DNA of 63,598 nucleotides, filler included, from Octopus bimaculoides (lineage: Eukaryota): assembly GCF_001194135.2 (NCBI RefSeq). It is 4 parts of 3 records of this genome, joined end to end, with 100 filler letters (N's around TTAATTAATTAA, not from the genome) between each part and the next. Parts side by side here need not be neighbours in the genome. Positions count along the whole stretch, not along the records: positions 1 to 17,055 come from NC_068982.1; 3 more parts are not named here. One strand, written 5' to 3'. This document shows, piece after piece, positions 1-11,989 of the stretch. Within the stretch, counting starts at the first letter, position 1; each line of letters opens with the position of its first letter. Both the position numbers and the translations under genes were made by a program. Below the pieces are notes generated by a model that was not told the origin of the DNA, did not search any database, and saw only the letters and a list, made by a program, of their open reading frames with translations.

Positions 1-810
1 AGAGTCAACCTAGCTAAAACCAAAGTCCTAATGAGTAGGAAGGTAGACAACACACAAACCCCTTCGGGTAGATGGCCCTGCTCGATCTGTAGCAAAGGCG
101 TAGGTAGAAACTCTATNNNNNNNNNNNNNNNNNNNNNNNNNNNNNNNNNNNNNNNNNNNNNNNNNNNNNNNNNNNNNNNNNNNNNNNNNNNNNNNNNNNN
201 NNNNNNNNNNNNNNNNNNNNNNNNNNNNNNNNNNNNNNNNNNNNNNNNNNNNNNNNNNNNNNNNNNNNNNNNNNNNNNNNNNNNNNNNNNNNNNNNNNNN
301 NNNNNNNNNNNNNNNNNNNNNNNNNNNNNNNNNNNNNNNNNNNNNNNNNNNNNNNNNNNNNNNNNNNNNNNNNNNNNNNNNNNNNNNNNNNNNNNNNNNN
401 NNNNNNNNNNNNNNNNNNNNNNNNNNNNNNNNNNNNNNNNNNNNNNNNNNNNNNNNNNNNNNNNNNNNNNNNNNNNNNNNNNNNNNNNNNNNNNNNNNNN
501 NNNNNNNNNNNNNNNNNNNNNNNNNNNNNNNNNNNNNNNNNNNNNNNNNNNNNNNNNNNNNNNNNNNNNNNNNNNNNNNNNNNNNNNNNNNNNNNNNNNN
601 NNNNNNNNNNNNNNNNNNNNNNNNNNNNNNNNNNNNNNNNNNNNNNNNNNNNNNNNNNNNNNNNNNNNNNNNNNNNNNNNNAGGTAGGCCCAGGAAGACC
701 TGGGATGAGGTGGTGAGGCACAACCTTCGAAGTTTGGACCTCACCGAGGCGATGACTTCTGACCAAAACCTTTGGAAATATGTTGTGCATGAGAAGACCT
801 GGCAAGCCAA
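1..810 (+). mobile_element. RTE-clade LINE, 3' part of ORF (post-RT region with Cys-rich motif), mostly gap
   Basis: Translation KVLMSRKVD...GRWPCSICSKGVGRNS and, after the gap, GRPRKTWDEVVRH. Nearly identical to the LINE segment at 15180-16100. Confidence 0.8.
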
Positions 811-1840
811 GTGAGTCCTAAATCTAAGGCCTCAGCCAGTCCACTTATGTGTACCTTCCTTCATTGNNNNNNNNNNNNNNNNNNNNNNNNNNNNNNNNNN
901 NNNNNNNNNNNNNNNNNNNNNNNNNNNNNNNNNNNNNNNNNNNNNNNNNNNNNNNNNNNNNNNNNNNNNNNNNNNNNNNNACTAAACTCCACTTGCGAAG
1001 ACCTACTGAGGCAAGTGAAATCGAAATCGAGTTAAATTGCATACTAAACTCCACTTGCGAAGACATGTTGAGGCAAGTGAAATTGAGTTAAATTCGACGA
1101 CTGGCACCCATGCCAACGTCGACTCCTTCATTGGGACACGAAACTCAGCTTGNNNNNNNNNNNNNNNNNNNNNNNNNNNNNNNNNNNNNNNNNNNNNNNN
1201 NNNNNNNNNNNNNNNNNNNNNNNNNNNNNNNNNNNNNNNNNNNNNNNNNNNNNNNNNNNNNNNNNNNNNNNNNNNNNNNNNNNNNNNNNNNNNNNNNNNN
1301 NNNNNNNNNNNNNNNNNNNNNNNNNNNNNNNNNNNNNNNNNNNNNNNNNNNNNNNNNNNNNNNNNNNNNNNNNNNNNNNNNNNNNNNNNNNNNNNNNNNN
1401 NNNNNNNNNNNNNNNNNNNNNNNNNNNNNNNNNNNNNNNNNNNNNNNNNNNNNNNNNNNNNNNNNNNNNNNNNNNNNNNNNNNNNNNNNNNNNNNNNNNN
1501 NNNNNNNNNNNNNNNNNNNNNNNNNNNNNNNNNNNNNNNNNNNNNNNNNNNNNNNNNNNNNNNNNNNNNNNNNNNNNNNNNNNNNNNNNNNNNNNNNNNN
1601 NNNNNNNNNNNNNNNNNNNNNNNNNNNNNNNNNNNNNNNNNNNNNNNNNNNNNNNNNNNNNNNNNNNNNNNNNNNNNNNNNNNNNNNNNNNNNNNNNNNG
1701 GTACTGTCATCGGCCATGACAACAATTTCACTTGCCTCAACAGGTCTTTGCAAGTGCAGTTTGTAAAGACCTGTTGAGGCAAATGAAATTGTTGTTGTGG
1801 CCAATGACTGTACCGCCTGATTGGTATCCGTGCCAGTAGC

Positions 1841-3547
1841 ACAACATTCGGGAAGAATTTCTTGCTTTGAAATCAATACATGTAACGACTAGAGGTGAAG
1901 ATTTATTTCAAATGGTCAGCTCAGCCTTGAAAGATTTTGATTTACCATATGAAAAAAAGAGTGGTCATACTACAGATGGCACTCCATCTCTGGTAGGTCA
2001 TGTAAAAGGGTTTGTAGCTCTGATTAAGAATGAACTTAAGAAGTGTCTTTTGGATCTGGAAACTTTGTGTCTCTGCTTTATTCATATGGTAAGTTCATGT
2101 GAAAAGTCTCTCAACATGGGCAATGTAATGAAAGTTGTGACAAAGGCCGTTAATTTGATAAGAAGCAAAGGGTTGAATAATAGGGAATTTAAAGAATTTT
2201 TGAAAGGTCTTGAAGCTGAATATCGGGATTTATTGTACCATTGTGACATTAAGTGTTTAAGTAAGGCCCAAATGCTTAAGTGATTTTGTGAACTAAAGTG
2301 AAAATTTTTATGGATATTAAAGGTGTACCTATTATAGAACTGGAAGATAAAATGTTTTCAAAGTGATTTAGCATTTTTAGTAGACATAACTAGTCATTTA
2401 AATAATTTGAACTTGAANNNNNNNNNNTAGCATTTTTAGTAGACATAACTAGTCATTTAAATAATTTGAACTTGAAGCTACAAGGCTCCAATGAGCTAAT
2501 AACCAGTTTGCTTTCTCATATCAAAAGCTTTGAATCAATGCTTCATTTATTTGTCACACAATTGAAAAAAATGTGCTTCACACATTTTCTGAAATTGAGT
2601 GAACAAAATCCCGAATCAACAAAGGAATATTCTGATAAATGTGAAAGTAGATTTGAAGAAATACAAGATAAAATCGAACTACATGTTTTTGNNNNNNNNN
2701 NTTGAAGAAATACAAGATAAAATCGAACTACATGTTTTTGAAACACCTTTTTATGTGTGTCCTGAGGAGGCTGCAGATTCCTTACAATTAAAATTGATTG
2801 ATTTGCTGTCAGATGATTTAATAAAATTGAAACATAGTAATCTGTCTTTATTGGACTTCTACAAACCCGTCAATCCTGAGAAATTGCCTGCTTTACATAA
2901 AAATGCCTTGAAATTTGTATCTCAATTTAGGACAACTTATCAATGTCAGCAGTTTTTTTCCAAATTGAATTATGCAAAAAATCGTCTTTATACCAGACTT
3001 ACTAACGAAAACTTGAGAAATGAACTAAGAAAAGCAGTTTCTTCAAAGACGTGATATTCCTAAACTTTCAAAAAAAATTTTNNNNNNNNNNAATGTAGTT
3101 TTATCCTTCTCACTAAACAAAGCCAAATTTTAAAGTTAAGGTCAATTAGCTTTGATGAAATTATCACTAGGATAAATTTGTTCAAATATGTCATTTACAC
3201 ATAATAGTATTTAGGTATTAATGTAATTTTTCAAAATTAAATTTGGTNNNNNNNNNNACATAATAGTATTTAGGTATTAATGTAATTTTTCAAAATTAAA
3301 TTTGGTTTGTGCTTGACTGTTATGATTTGTCCAACATTAGGATAGGTGCATTTTGAATAATATAGAATACCTCATAAGTAATATAAACATCCTCTATTCA
3401 GTGGCAGCATTAATGAAGATGTTACACATTAATTTAATGTGTTAANNNNNNNNNNNNNNNNNNNNNNNNNNNNNNNNNNNNNNNNNNNNNNNNNNNNNNN
3501 NNNNNNNNAATTTTTACCTGCTGCACTAAAAAGTTTTCCCACCTCTG
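1841..3547 (+). mobile_element. Decayed hAT (Buster/SPIN, GTF2IRD2-like) DNA transposon with right-hand terminal inverted repeat
   Basis: Fragmented transposase: TTRGEDLF, TDGTPSL.G...G, CFIH, DLLYHCDIKCLS, SDLAFLVDITSHLNNLNLKLQG, and hATC-like F.TTYQCQQFFSKL..K.R...LTNENL. The end AAGTTTTCCCACCTCTG at 3531-3547 (reverse complement CAGAGGTGGGAAAACTT) is followed by an 8-bp NNNTANNN site, CTTTAAAG. Confidence 0.85.
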
Positions 3548-4089
3548 CTTTAAAGGATGAAAGGAAAAGTCAATCTCGGCAGAATTAGAAAATAACTCAG
3601 AAAATAACGACAGACAAAATGGTGCTAAGCATTTTGTGAAAGTTATCTTCTGGTAAAAGTTATCTTCTTGAGTCATGCTGTCTCATAAGGGCTGGTTTCT
3701 TTGGCGTTACAAATTCCCCACATGGATGGGTCATCAGTCCATCACAGGATTACTCATTTTTGCCAGCTGAGTGCACTGGAGCAATGTGAAATGAAATGTT
3801 TTGCTGAAGAACACAATGTGTCACCCAGTCCAGGAATTGAAATCACAATCTTATGATCATGAGTCCAACACCCTNNNNNNNNNNGGAATTGAAATCACAA
3901 TCTTATGATCATGAGTCCAACACCCTAACCACCAAGCCATATGCCTTGGCAAACAATTCTGTCTGCTTGCTGCCTGATATGATAGTAAAATATTAAATGC
4001 AATCAGGAGTCCTAATGCTACTAAAACCTTACAGAAAGATCACACNNNNNNNNNNATGCAATCAGGAGTCCTAATGCTACTAAAACCTT

Positions 4090-4338
4090 ACAGAAAGATC
4101 ACACTGTCATAAACAAATAAGGACATTACTACCTTTAGCTTCGAAAGAAAGATTGCTAGTTCCTCTCCACTCTGAAATCAGATGCATTTCCAGAAATAAG
4201 ATACCTGATGATAATTGGAAGAAAACACACTTGTGATATATTCGTCGTCATGAGTTGCAGTTAGCAGGAGAGAAGGCAGGACTTTGCTTTCTATCTTTTG
4301 CCAACTATGGGTGCATAAGAGATGCAGTGAGACCACAG
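4090..4338 (+). pseudogene. Exon-like segment A of an unidentified decaying gene (in-frame TGA at 4234-4236)
   Basis: Protein-like reading ...PDDNWKKTHL*YIRRHELQLAGEKAGLCFLSFANYGCIRDAVRPQ ends at a CAG|GTAAGC donor in phase 0, matching the next exon. The 5' boundary is uncertain. Confidence 0.45.
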
Positions 4339-4486
4339 GTAAGCTTGTAAAGAACATCTTTTCAGATACTCATGGAAGTGTCTTTAATGTAAGTCTCTAA
4401 ACCAATATGCTTTATTAATTAACAAAGCATCTTTTATTTTTATCCAGGTGGGTATTTTTAACGTCTGCATTGATTTTTTTTTGCAG

Positions 4487-4651
4487 GATGCCACTTGGCG
4501 GAATTATCTGTTGGAAACTCTTAAGGCCTTACATGCCACAGAAGAAGAGAATGTGACTGAAACCAATGCATTGAAAATGTTTTACGCTAACAATTATTTA
4601 CGAAACTTTTATGAAGCACTTGGGAAGTTTTTGGATGTTCAAAATGTTTGG
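4487..4651 (+). pseudogene. Exon B of unidentified gene (55 codons, open, phase 0-0)
   Basis: Polypyrimidine TTTTTTTTTGCAG acceptor and TGG|GTAAGA donor. Encodes DATWRNYLLETLKALHATEEENVTETNALKMFYANNYLRNFYEALGKFLDVQNVW. Confidence 0.6.
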
Positions 4652-6461
4652 GTAAGAAAATACCATTCCAAATGATGATGCTGATTTTTTTAATTGATAT
4701 TTAAAATTTTATTTTTATTAGTATTTATTATTTTTGTTCCTTTTCTACAGTTTTCAGTCTTAAAACTGGCCATACTAGATCACCACTTTCGGTGGTTTTA
4801 TATGTTTTGTATCGATGCCTAGTGCTCTAGTGGAGGTACATAGCTTATTGGTTAGGGTGTTGGAATCATGATCGTGAGATAGTGGTTTCGGTTCCTGAAC
4901 CAAGCAATGCATTGTGTTCTTGAGCAAAGCACTTCATTTCCTGATGCTCTAGTCCATTCAAATAGCAAAAATGAGTAATATANNNNNNNNNNTCATTTCC
5001 TGATGCTCTAGTCCATTCAAATAGCAAAAATGAGTAATATAGTGAGGACATGACAGGCCTAGCAAGCCAGTAATGGATGATGAATCTGCTTAAAGAAACA
5101 AACAAAAGGGAACTTCTAGACTTATGAGCCATTGGACTACCCTGGTGTTGGGTATTATAGATATTTTTTTTTACCTAGTACTCTGGCTGATTCTTATTTT
5201 ATTGTGTGTATGTATATTAAATTGGCATTACTCAGTCAGGGTTAGTGAGGAAGAAGCAAAAAAAATTCATTACATTTCTTTGTGCCCGAGTCACCTTGCA
5301 TTTTCTTCTGTCAAGGTTGATGAAACAAGTGCCTAAGTCCTTGGCTATAACTCATTAACACTCTTGAAGGCAGTGCTCCAACATGGCCAGAATCCAGTCA
5401 AAAATTAATGAAACTATAAAAGCATACCTGTGTAGTTATTTCTCTCTTTCATGCTCTCTCACACACACACACACNNNNNNNNNNNNNNNNNNNNNNNNNN
5501 NNNNNNNNNNNNNNNNNNNNNNNNNNNTGTCTGCAAACATTGAACTTCTCCAACCAAGCAGATTCTACAATATCATTAGCTGCCATAACTGGGCCCGATT
5601 TCAAAACAATCAGTATCCTTAAAATTCATTGTATTTTCAATTTTGAAGTGTCTTGAGATCCTTTTTTTTATGTATCTAATCGGTACAGTTGAAACACGGG
5701 TAGGTCTATGTAAAGCTGTATATATAAAAAGAATTAAAGATAATGCTACGCTACTTCATAATAATTCTTTTTATTATTATTGTTGATATTATATACCCCA
5801 GGAAACCTCTATGGTTATGGTAATATTTTCAGAATTATCCAATGGAATATATCTCTAAATTCTCATCTTATGAGAATATTACTGGATTTATATATTAACT
5901 GTTGAATACCTAACTAAGAGCAAACTTGTAAACATTTGGAGTAAATCTTTACTATTTACAAATATATATATACATAAGTTCCAAAATTTAAACAGAAACA
6001 AAGCAAAGGAACAAATGGAAAATTCATACACAGGATAGGACCTTGCTCAATCCTCATCAGTTATCATCCGAAAGATCCTTACAATTTCATGCTTTTGACT
6101 AGGAATGAACAACATCCCGTCTTGTCTTGAGTGTGGATTTTCTATATGTAAAAGAATATATATATACACACAAATATATATAGATGACGGGCTTCTGTCA
6201 ATTTCCATCTACCTAATCCATACACAAGGCTTTGATCAGCCTGAGGCCTTATAGTACAAGACACTTGCCCAAGGTGCCATGCGATGGGACTGAACCCAGG
6301 ACCATGTGGTTGGGAAGCAAGCTTCTTTACTACACAGCCATGCCTACTCCTATGAACTGCTAAATAGGAAATTTAGAGTGAATGTAGTATAATGTATAAG
6401 TGAGCATGTGAGATGAGTGCATTGCAAATCAATAGATCAATCTGTGTTATTTAGCCCTTGG

Positions 6462-6662
6462 TTAACCCTGAATGAGCATTCTATGTATTTTATGTTCAAA
6501 CTGGCCAGATCCAGCCTTTCACACGTACCATTACAATGTTGTAAAAATAAACAATCACACTATTGAAATTCCAAAGCTATGATATAATGCATGATTAATT
6601 CAAAACAGTGGAAATGTATAAGTGTTGCATTTGGTAGAGTAATCTGAATGCTAAAGAGTTAA
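6462..6662. mobile_element. piggyBac-like MITE (TTAA ends)
   Basis: Begins TTAACCCT..AGCATTC and ends GAATGCTAAAGAGTTAA. Related partial copies lie near 22920-23200, 29090-29170 and 33850-33990. Confidence 0.5.
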
Positions 6663-6741
6663 GACAGAATGTGTTTGGAAGGAGAATATTGCTATTGTTT
6701 CTAGCAGGTTAGGTAAACAGTTAAAAGTTCCTTCTTCTTAG

Positions 6742-6883
6742 AAGATTATTTCTTAACTTGAAGAAATCATCACACCCAAGGTAAATGACTCCAGCCTGCT
6801 TAGCTTGGAGGAAAAATTTGTTCATGAGATTAAAGTGAATGAAGAAATGTTTGACCTGTCTTGTCAAACTTTGTATGACACAA
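6742..6883 (+). pseudogene. Exon-like segment D of unidentified gene (in-frame TAA at 6754-6756)
   Basis: CTTCTTCTTAG acceptor and A|GTAAGT donor (phase 1). Reads KIIS*LEEIITPKVNDSSLLSLEEKFVHEIKVNEEMFDLSCQTLYDT. Confidence 0.4.
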
Positions 6884-8439
6884 GTAAGTTTTATTTTATT
6901 TCAACCTTGTCTTCCATCCAATTCATTTTCCTAAATACAAATTATTCTACACATATTTTGCTAATAAATAATATTCAATCTGTTGACCAATTTTCCGCCC
7001 GTGTTTTATTGTTTGTCACCAAGTTAGCTCTGATGAAGTACACCTATTAACTTAGTGTTCCAGCCATGACCATCCCATCTTTTTTGTATTTCTAAGACCC
7101 CATTGTCCAATTTGTACGCTTTAAAATTTTAGGATGTGCTTAGAGGGAAATTTAGCAACTAGTATATCAAATGATTATTAGAAGATTCTTCATCTGCTCC
7201 ATGTGTCCTGACACTAGAGATGAAGAATTTTATTTTGCTCTAAAAGTTCTGTCATCAAATTAAATCTCAAATTGTTGCATTCACACTCTAACCTTTCATC
7301 ATCTGGCACAAGATCACCCCATCTAATGCTCTTACCTCAAAGCTTCTTCATCTCGTAAGTTACTTGGTGACCCTGCCAGTGCTGGTACCATGTAAAAAGC
7401 ATTCAGTCCTCATTGTAAAGTGGTTGGCATTTGGAAGGGCGTCCAGCTGTAAAGACCATGCCAAAACTGACCTCGCCTGTGCTGGTGCCACATAAAAAGC
7501 ACTCNNNNNNNNNNCTGGTGCCACATAAAAAGCACTCAGTCCACTCTGTGGAGTGGTTGGTGTTGGGAAGGGCATCCAGCCATAAAAATCATGCCAAAGC
7601 AAACTCAGAAGCCTGGTGCATCCAGCCCATGCCAGCATGGAAGGCAGATGTTAAATGATAATGATGATGATGCTTAACCATGTTCCATGCTGGTATGGGT
7701 TCAACAGTTCCACAGGATCCTATGAGCTTGAGGGCTGTGTTGGTTAATAAAGAATGCTCTTCCTAGTGTCAGTCACTTTACAGATTGTACTGGGTGCTTT
7801 TTTTCATGGCACCAGCACTAATGGAAGTAACATGCAAGACAAGATCCCTTCACTAATTGGTGGGTGCAGTATTGAGGGAGTTGGCATTGTACCTGGTGTT
7901 GAGAATCTAAAGTAGGAAAGAAGGACAGGAACATGGGTCTCTAGAGGAGATACATGGGTAACTTACCCAGTAATTTTTTAAAAACACACCGATACTAGTA
8001 CAACATACTGGTACCAGATAAAAAAAAAAAAACACCCAGTGCACTCTGTAATGTGATTGACATTAGGAAGGGCCTCCAGCTGTAGAAACCATGCTGTAAC
8101 AGATGATTGGAGCCTGGTGCAGCCCTCTGGCTTGCCAGCCCTTCTCAAACCATCCAACCCATGCCAGCATGGAAAACATGTTAAATGATGATGATGATAA
8201 TATGTTAGGAATTTATAATAAATAGAAATTGAATGGAATTGCATTTATTTATTCAATATATTTGACAATAGAATGGTCATTCAGTTATGGTTTTAAATAT
8301 TCTGTGAACTAGTAGACAACATAATGGTTGCACTTCTATGAACTTAGTAGCACCAAGGAAATAACCAGCAGCAGGCTCAAACCAGTTACATCCTGAAGAA
8401 AGAGACATGGCTATGGCTTTGAGACGATTATTGTGACGT

Positions 8440-8843
8440 GAAAAGACATTCGAGCAAGATCGTTCGTCGCCTTCCTGGCACGTGAAAAGACATCCGAGCA
8501 AGATCGTTGCCAGTGCCGATGAGCTGGCCCCTATGCAGGTGGCACGTAAAATACACCATTTCAATTGTGGCCGTCGCCAGTACCGCCTGACTGGCCATCG
8601 TGCCGGTGGCACATAAAACACCCAGTACACTCTCTGAGTGGTTGGCGTTGGGAAGGGCATCCAGCTGTGGAAACTNNNNNNNNNNAACTCTGCCAGATCA
8701 GATTGGAGCCTGGTGTCGCCTCCTGGTCTACCAGTTCTCAGTCAGATCGTCCAACCCATGCTAGCATGGAAAGCGGACCTTAAACGANNNNNNNNNNTGC
8801 TAGCATGGAAAGCGGACCTTAAACGATGATGATGATGATGATG
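8440..8843 (+). mobile_element. Non-autonomous RTE-tail element (tandem ~63-bp units + GGCGTTAGGAAGGGCATCCAGC core + (GAT)n tail)
   Basis: Same 3' module as follows the RTE LINE at 16440-16640. Many copies: 7360-7670, 24840-25575, 26115-26330, 32645-32937, 34348-34505 (-), 43770-44163, 44860-45320, 52580-52820. Confidence 0.75.
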
Positions 8844-9169
8844 AAGTTGTTAACTTTGGATGAAGCAAACTGAATTGCAATATTTAAAAAAAAACAAAGT
8901 TGGTGTGTTGGCCGAATTGTTAGCACACCTAGCAAAATGCTTAGTGGCATTTCTTCTGTCTCTATATTCTGAGTTCAAATGCCCCTGAGGTTGACTTTAC
9001 TTTTTGTCCTTTTGGAGCTGATAAATANNNNNNNNNNNNNNNNNNNNNNNNNNNNNNNNNNNNNNNNNNNNNNNNNNNNNNNNNNNNNNNNTCTTTAAAA
9101 GAGTTCTATTCCAAAGACGGATGATTGCTGAACCAGCTTTTATATTTTCTCTCTTATTTTATTTTTCAG

Positions 9170-9305
9170 CATACTGTTTATCTCGAACTGTTGACAAATG
9201 TTTACTGTTTGAGATAAGCTGTGACAGTGATGGAGATGGAATGAGCAGTTCTTTAAAGAATACTCTTCATTGTGAAGGGAAGACGTATACTTCAATAAAC
9301 TTGAG
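9170..9305 (+). pseudogene. Exon E of unidentified gene
   Basis: Strong TTTTATTTTTCAG acceptor, phase 1, compatible with the 6883 donor (A+CA = Thr). Reads YCLSRTVDKCLLFEISCDSDGDGMSSSLKNTLHCEGKTYTSINL and ends at an AG|GTTTGT donor. Confidence 0.45.
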
Positions 9306-9800
9306 GTTTGTTGTTTGTTTTTAGTCTCAGGTCAATCATGATTGATCAAAAATCCGTGATCAGAAGTGTTCCAACTGACCGTCTTGTTGTTTTCCTTGTC
9401 ACACTGTTTTTGAATGTGTCCTTCTTTCTTAAGATGGTAGAATGTGATTTGAGAGAGATTTGACTGCTGTTTCTAGCAATTCGAGCAACTACTTTGAGGC
9501 TTCCTCTATTAGTTCCTTCTACTAGTCATTATTGTTTACCTGTATTTTGACATCATCGTCTGATTAAAGATGGTAAAGTGGCAGTATGTGTAGAATACTG
9601 AACAAAATAAAATGTCTTGTAATTAGTTATGCTACCTTTCATTGCGAGATCAAATGCTGCTGATATCCCTACTCCCAAATTCTGTGGCTTCCATGGCCAC
9701 ATTGTTATGTTCTTTGGTTGGTATTGTAATTTATTTAGGTTAAATTTGCAGAAAGTATATATACAAATCTCATCACATGTATGTTATGTTAGTGGTAAAC

Positions 9801-9883
9801 TCAGTAATGCATTAGTGAGTATTCAGTAATGCATTAGTGAGTACTCAGTAATGCATTAGTGAGTACTCAGTAATGCATTAGTG
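9801..9883. repeat. 22-bp minisatellite (TCAGTAATGCATTAGTGAGTAC) x3.8
   Basis: Units start at 9801, 9823, 9845 and 9867. Confidence 0.9.
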
Positions 9884-10704
9884 GATAAATGTTTCCTTTA
9901 TTTGTGGATTTTCAACACAACCTTAGGTTTCATGCTTATACAGGGTTTGCATTAAAAGAAAATGATGATAAACTCTAAATTTTGGATTTGGCTATAAANN
10001 NNNNNNNNCATTAAAAGAAAATGATGATAAACTCTAAATTTTGGATTTGGCTATAAAATTCAAAATTGAGATGGATTACCATCATTTTTTAAGTGGAACA
10101 CTGTAAACACATGAATCCTATTACCAATAAACTGGTGCATCANNNNNNNNNNTGGAACACTGTAAACACATGAATCCTATTACCAATAAACTGGTGCATC
10201 ATAGAAAAATATCTTATGGCATTGATTCCACCTGAATTGTACAGACACTATCAAAAATGATTAGTGAGGTGGAAGCTTACAAGTAATTGTTGAGAATGCA
10301 TAATATAAAATATCCAAAATTCATAAAAAAAAAATAAAGAAATGTATATTTAAAAATTACTTGATACAGTGAAAATTGATATAGTGAGAATTACTTGATT
10401 ATAGTTTTACTAAGTATAGAAAAGATTTTTTNNNNNNNNNNATTTTAAAAATTCTTTATCAGAATGTCACTAACCTTTTTTGGAAGAAGCTTCTTTCTAG
10501 TGTGTATGCATACTTTTGGTTGTCTTTTCAAACACACGTGTTCTTGGAGATGAGTGGGTGTGTGGTAAGTAGCTTGCTTACCAACCACATGGTTCCGGGN
10601 NNNNNNNNNNNNNNNNNNNCCTTGGGCAAGTGTCTTCTACTATAGCATTGGGCCAACCAAAGCCTTGTGTGTGGATTTAGTAGACTGGAAGAAGCCTATT
10701 GCTG

Positions 10705-10751
<47 letters not shown>

Positions 10752-11380
10752 NNNNNNNNNNNNNNNNNNNNNNNNNNNNNNATATATATATATATATATG
10801 TATATGTTTGTGTGTCTGTGTTTGTCCCCCATCCTCATTTGACAACTGATGTTGGTGCGTTTACGTCCCCATGACTTAGCGTTTCGGCAAAAAGAAACCA
10901 ATAGAATAAGTATTAGACTTACAAAGAATAAGTCCCGGGGTCAATTTATTNNNNNNNNNNNNNNNNNNNNNNNNNNNNNNNNNNNNNNNNNNNNNNNNNN
11001 NNNNNNNNNNNNNNNNNNNNNNNNNNNNNNNNNNNNNNNNNNNNNNNNNNNNNNNNNNNNNNNNNNNNNNNNNNNNNNNNNNNNNNNNNNNNNNNNNNNN
11101 NNNNNNNNNNNNNNNNNNNNNNNNNNNNNNNNNNNNNNNNNNNNNNNNNNNNNNNNNNNNNNNNNNNNNNNNNNNNNNNNNNNNNNNNNNNNNNNNNNNN
11201 NNNNNNNNNNNNNNNNNNNNNNNNNNNNNNNNNNNNNNNNNNNNNNNNNNNNNNNNNNNNNNNNNNNNNNNNNNNNNNNNNNNNNNNNNNNNNNNNNNNN
11301 NNNNNNNNNNNNNNNNNNNNNNNNNNNNNNNNNNNNNNNNNNNGATAAACTACCCCTATTTTGCAGAAAAAAGTGTGGGC

Positions 11381-11454
11381 GGCCAGCCATGAGTCGAACT
11401 CACACCTCCATGATTACGAGTTGCGGTGCTCTCGACCATTTAAGCTAAACTGCC
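11381..11454 (-). pseudogene. tRNA-Thr(CGT)-like pseudogene or solo tRNA-derived SINE head
   Basis: Minus strand GGCAGTTTAGCTTAAATGGTCGAGAGC...CTCGTAA...GTGAGTTCGACTC...GGCC has A and B boxes, a CT-CGT-AA loop and a downstream T-run. Anticodon and T stems pair poorly. Confidence 0.45.
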
Positions 11455-11653
11455 CAGCCACAAGTTTTTCTGCANNNNNNNNNNCTGCCCAGCCACAAGT
11501 TTTTCTGCAAATTTAAGATGTGTATATATATATACATATAGTCCTTTAGTTATGATTTTCGGATATTTTATATTGTACACTGTATATGTATATACAGGGT
11601 TGGCCAAATGTCACCTGACAGTAAGTAAAAAANNNNNNNNNNATATGTATATA

Positions 11654-11958
11654 CAGGGTTGGCCAAATGTCACCTGACAGTAAGTAAAAAATTCCATAAA
11701 TCCTTAATATTCAATTTTACTTATTCATTCCAATTATGAATGTTTAATAACTGAATGCTGTGAGTTAAAANNNNNNNNNNTATTCATTCCAATTATGAAT
11801 GTTTAATAACTGAATGCTGTGAGTTAAAATTACTGTTTTCTTTTTTCAACATATGTCTATTTATTAGCGAAGTCGTCTGATATAAAATAAATTTTTTTGT
11901 TTTGATCTTGGAATTAGATGTTTTTGATTTATTGTCAGGTGACTTTTGGCCTACCCTG
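11654..11958. mobile_element. Tc1/mariner-type MITE with 26-bp TIRs and TA target duplication
   Basis: TA|CAGGGTTGGCCAAATGTCACCTGACA ... TGTCAGGTGACTTTTGGCCTACCCTG|TA, with 2 mismatches between arms. The left end also appears at 11595 because of a gap artefact. Confidence 0.85.

Positions 11959-11989
<31 letters not shown>

Noticed and set aside
2372-2476. Many 40-60 bp direct repeats flanking 10-N gaps (e.g. 2418, 2692, 3875, 4047, 11633, 15534)
   Set aside because: Identical sequence on both sides of a fixed 10-N gap is an unmerged contig overlap, not a real duplication or a CRISPR-like array.
4234-4236. In-frame TGA as selenocysteine
   Set aside because: Other segments of the same putative gene have TAA and TAG stops, there is no redox motif, and no SECIS element is evident.
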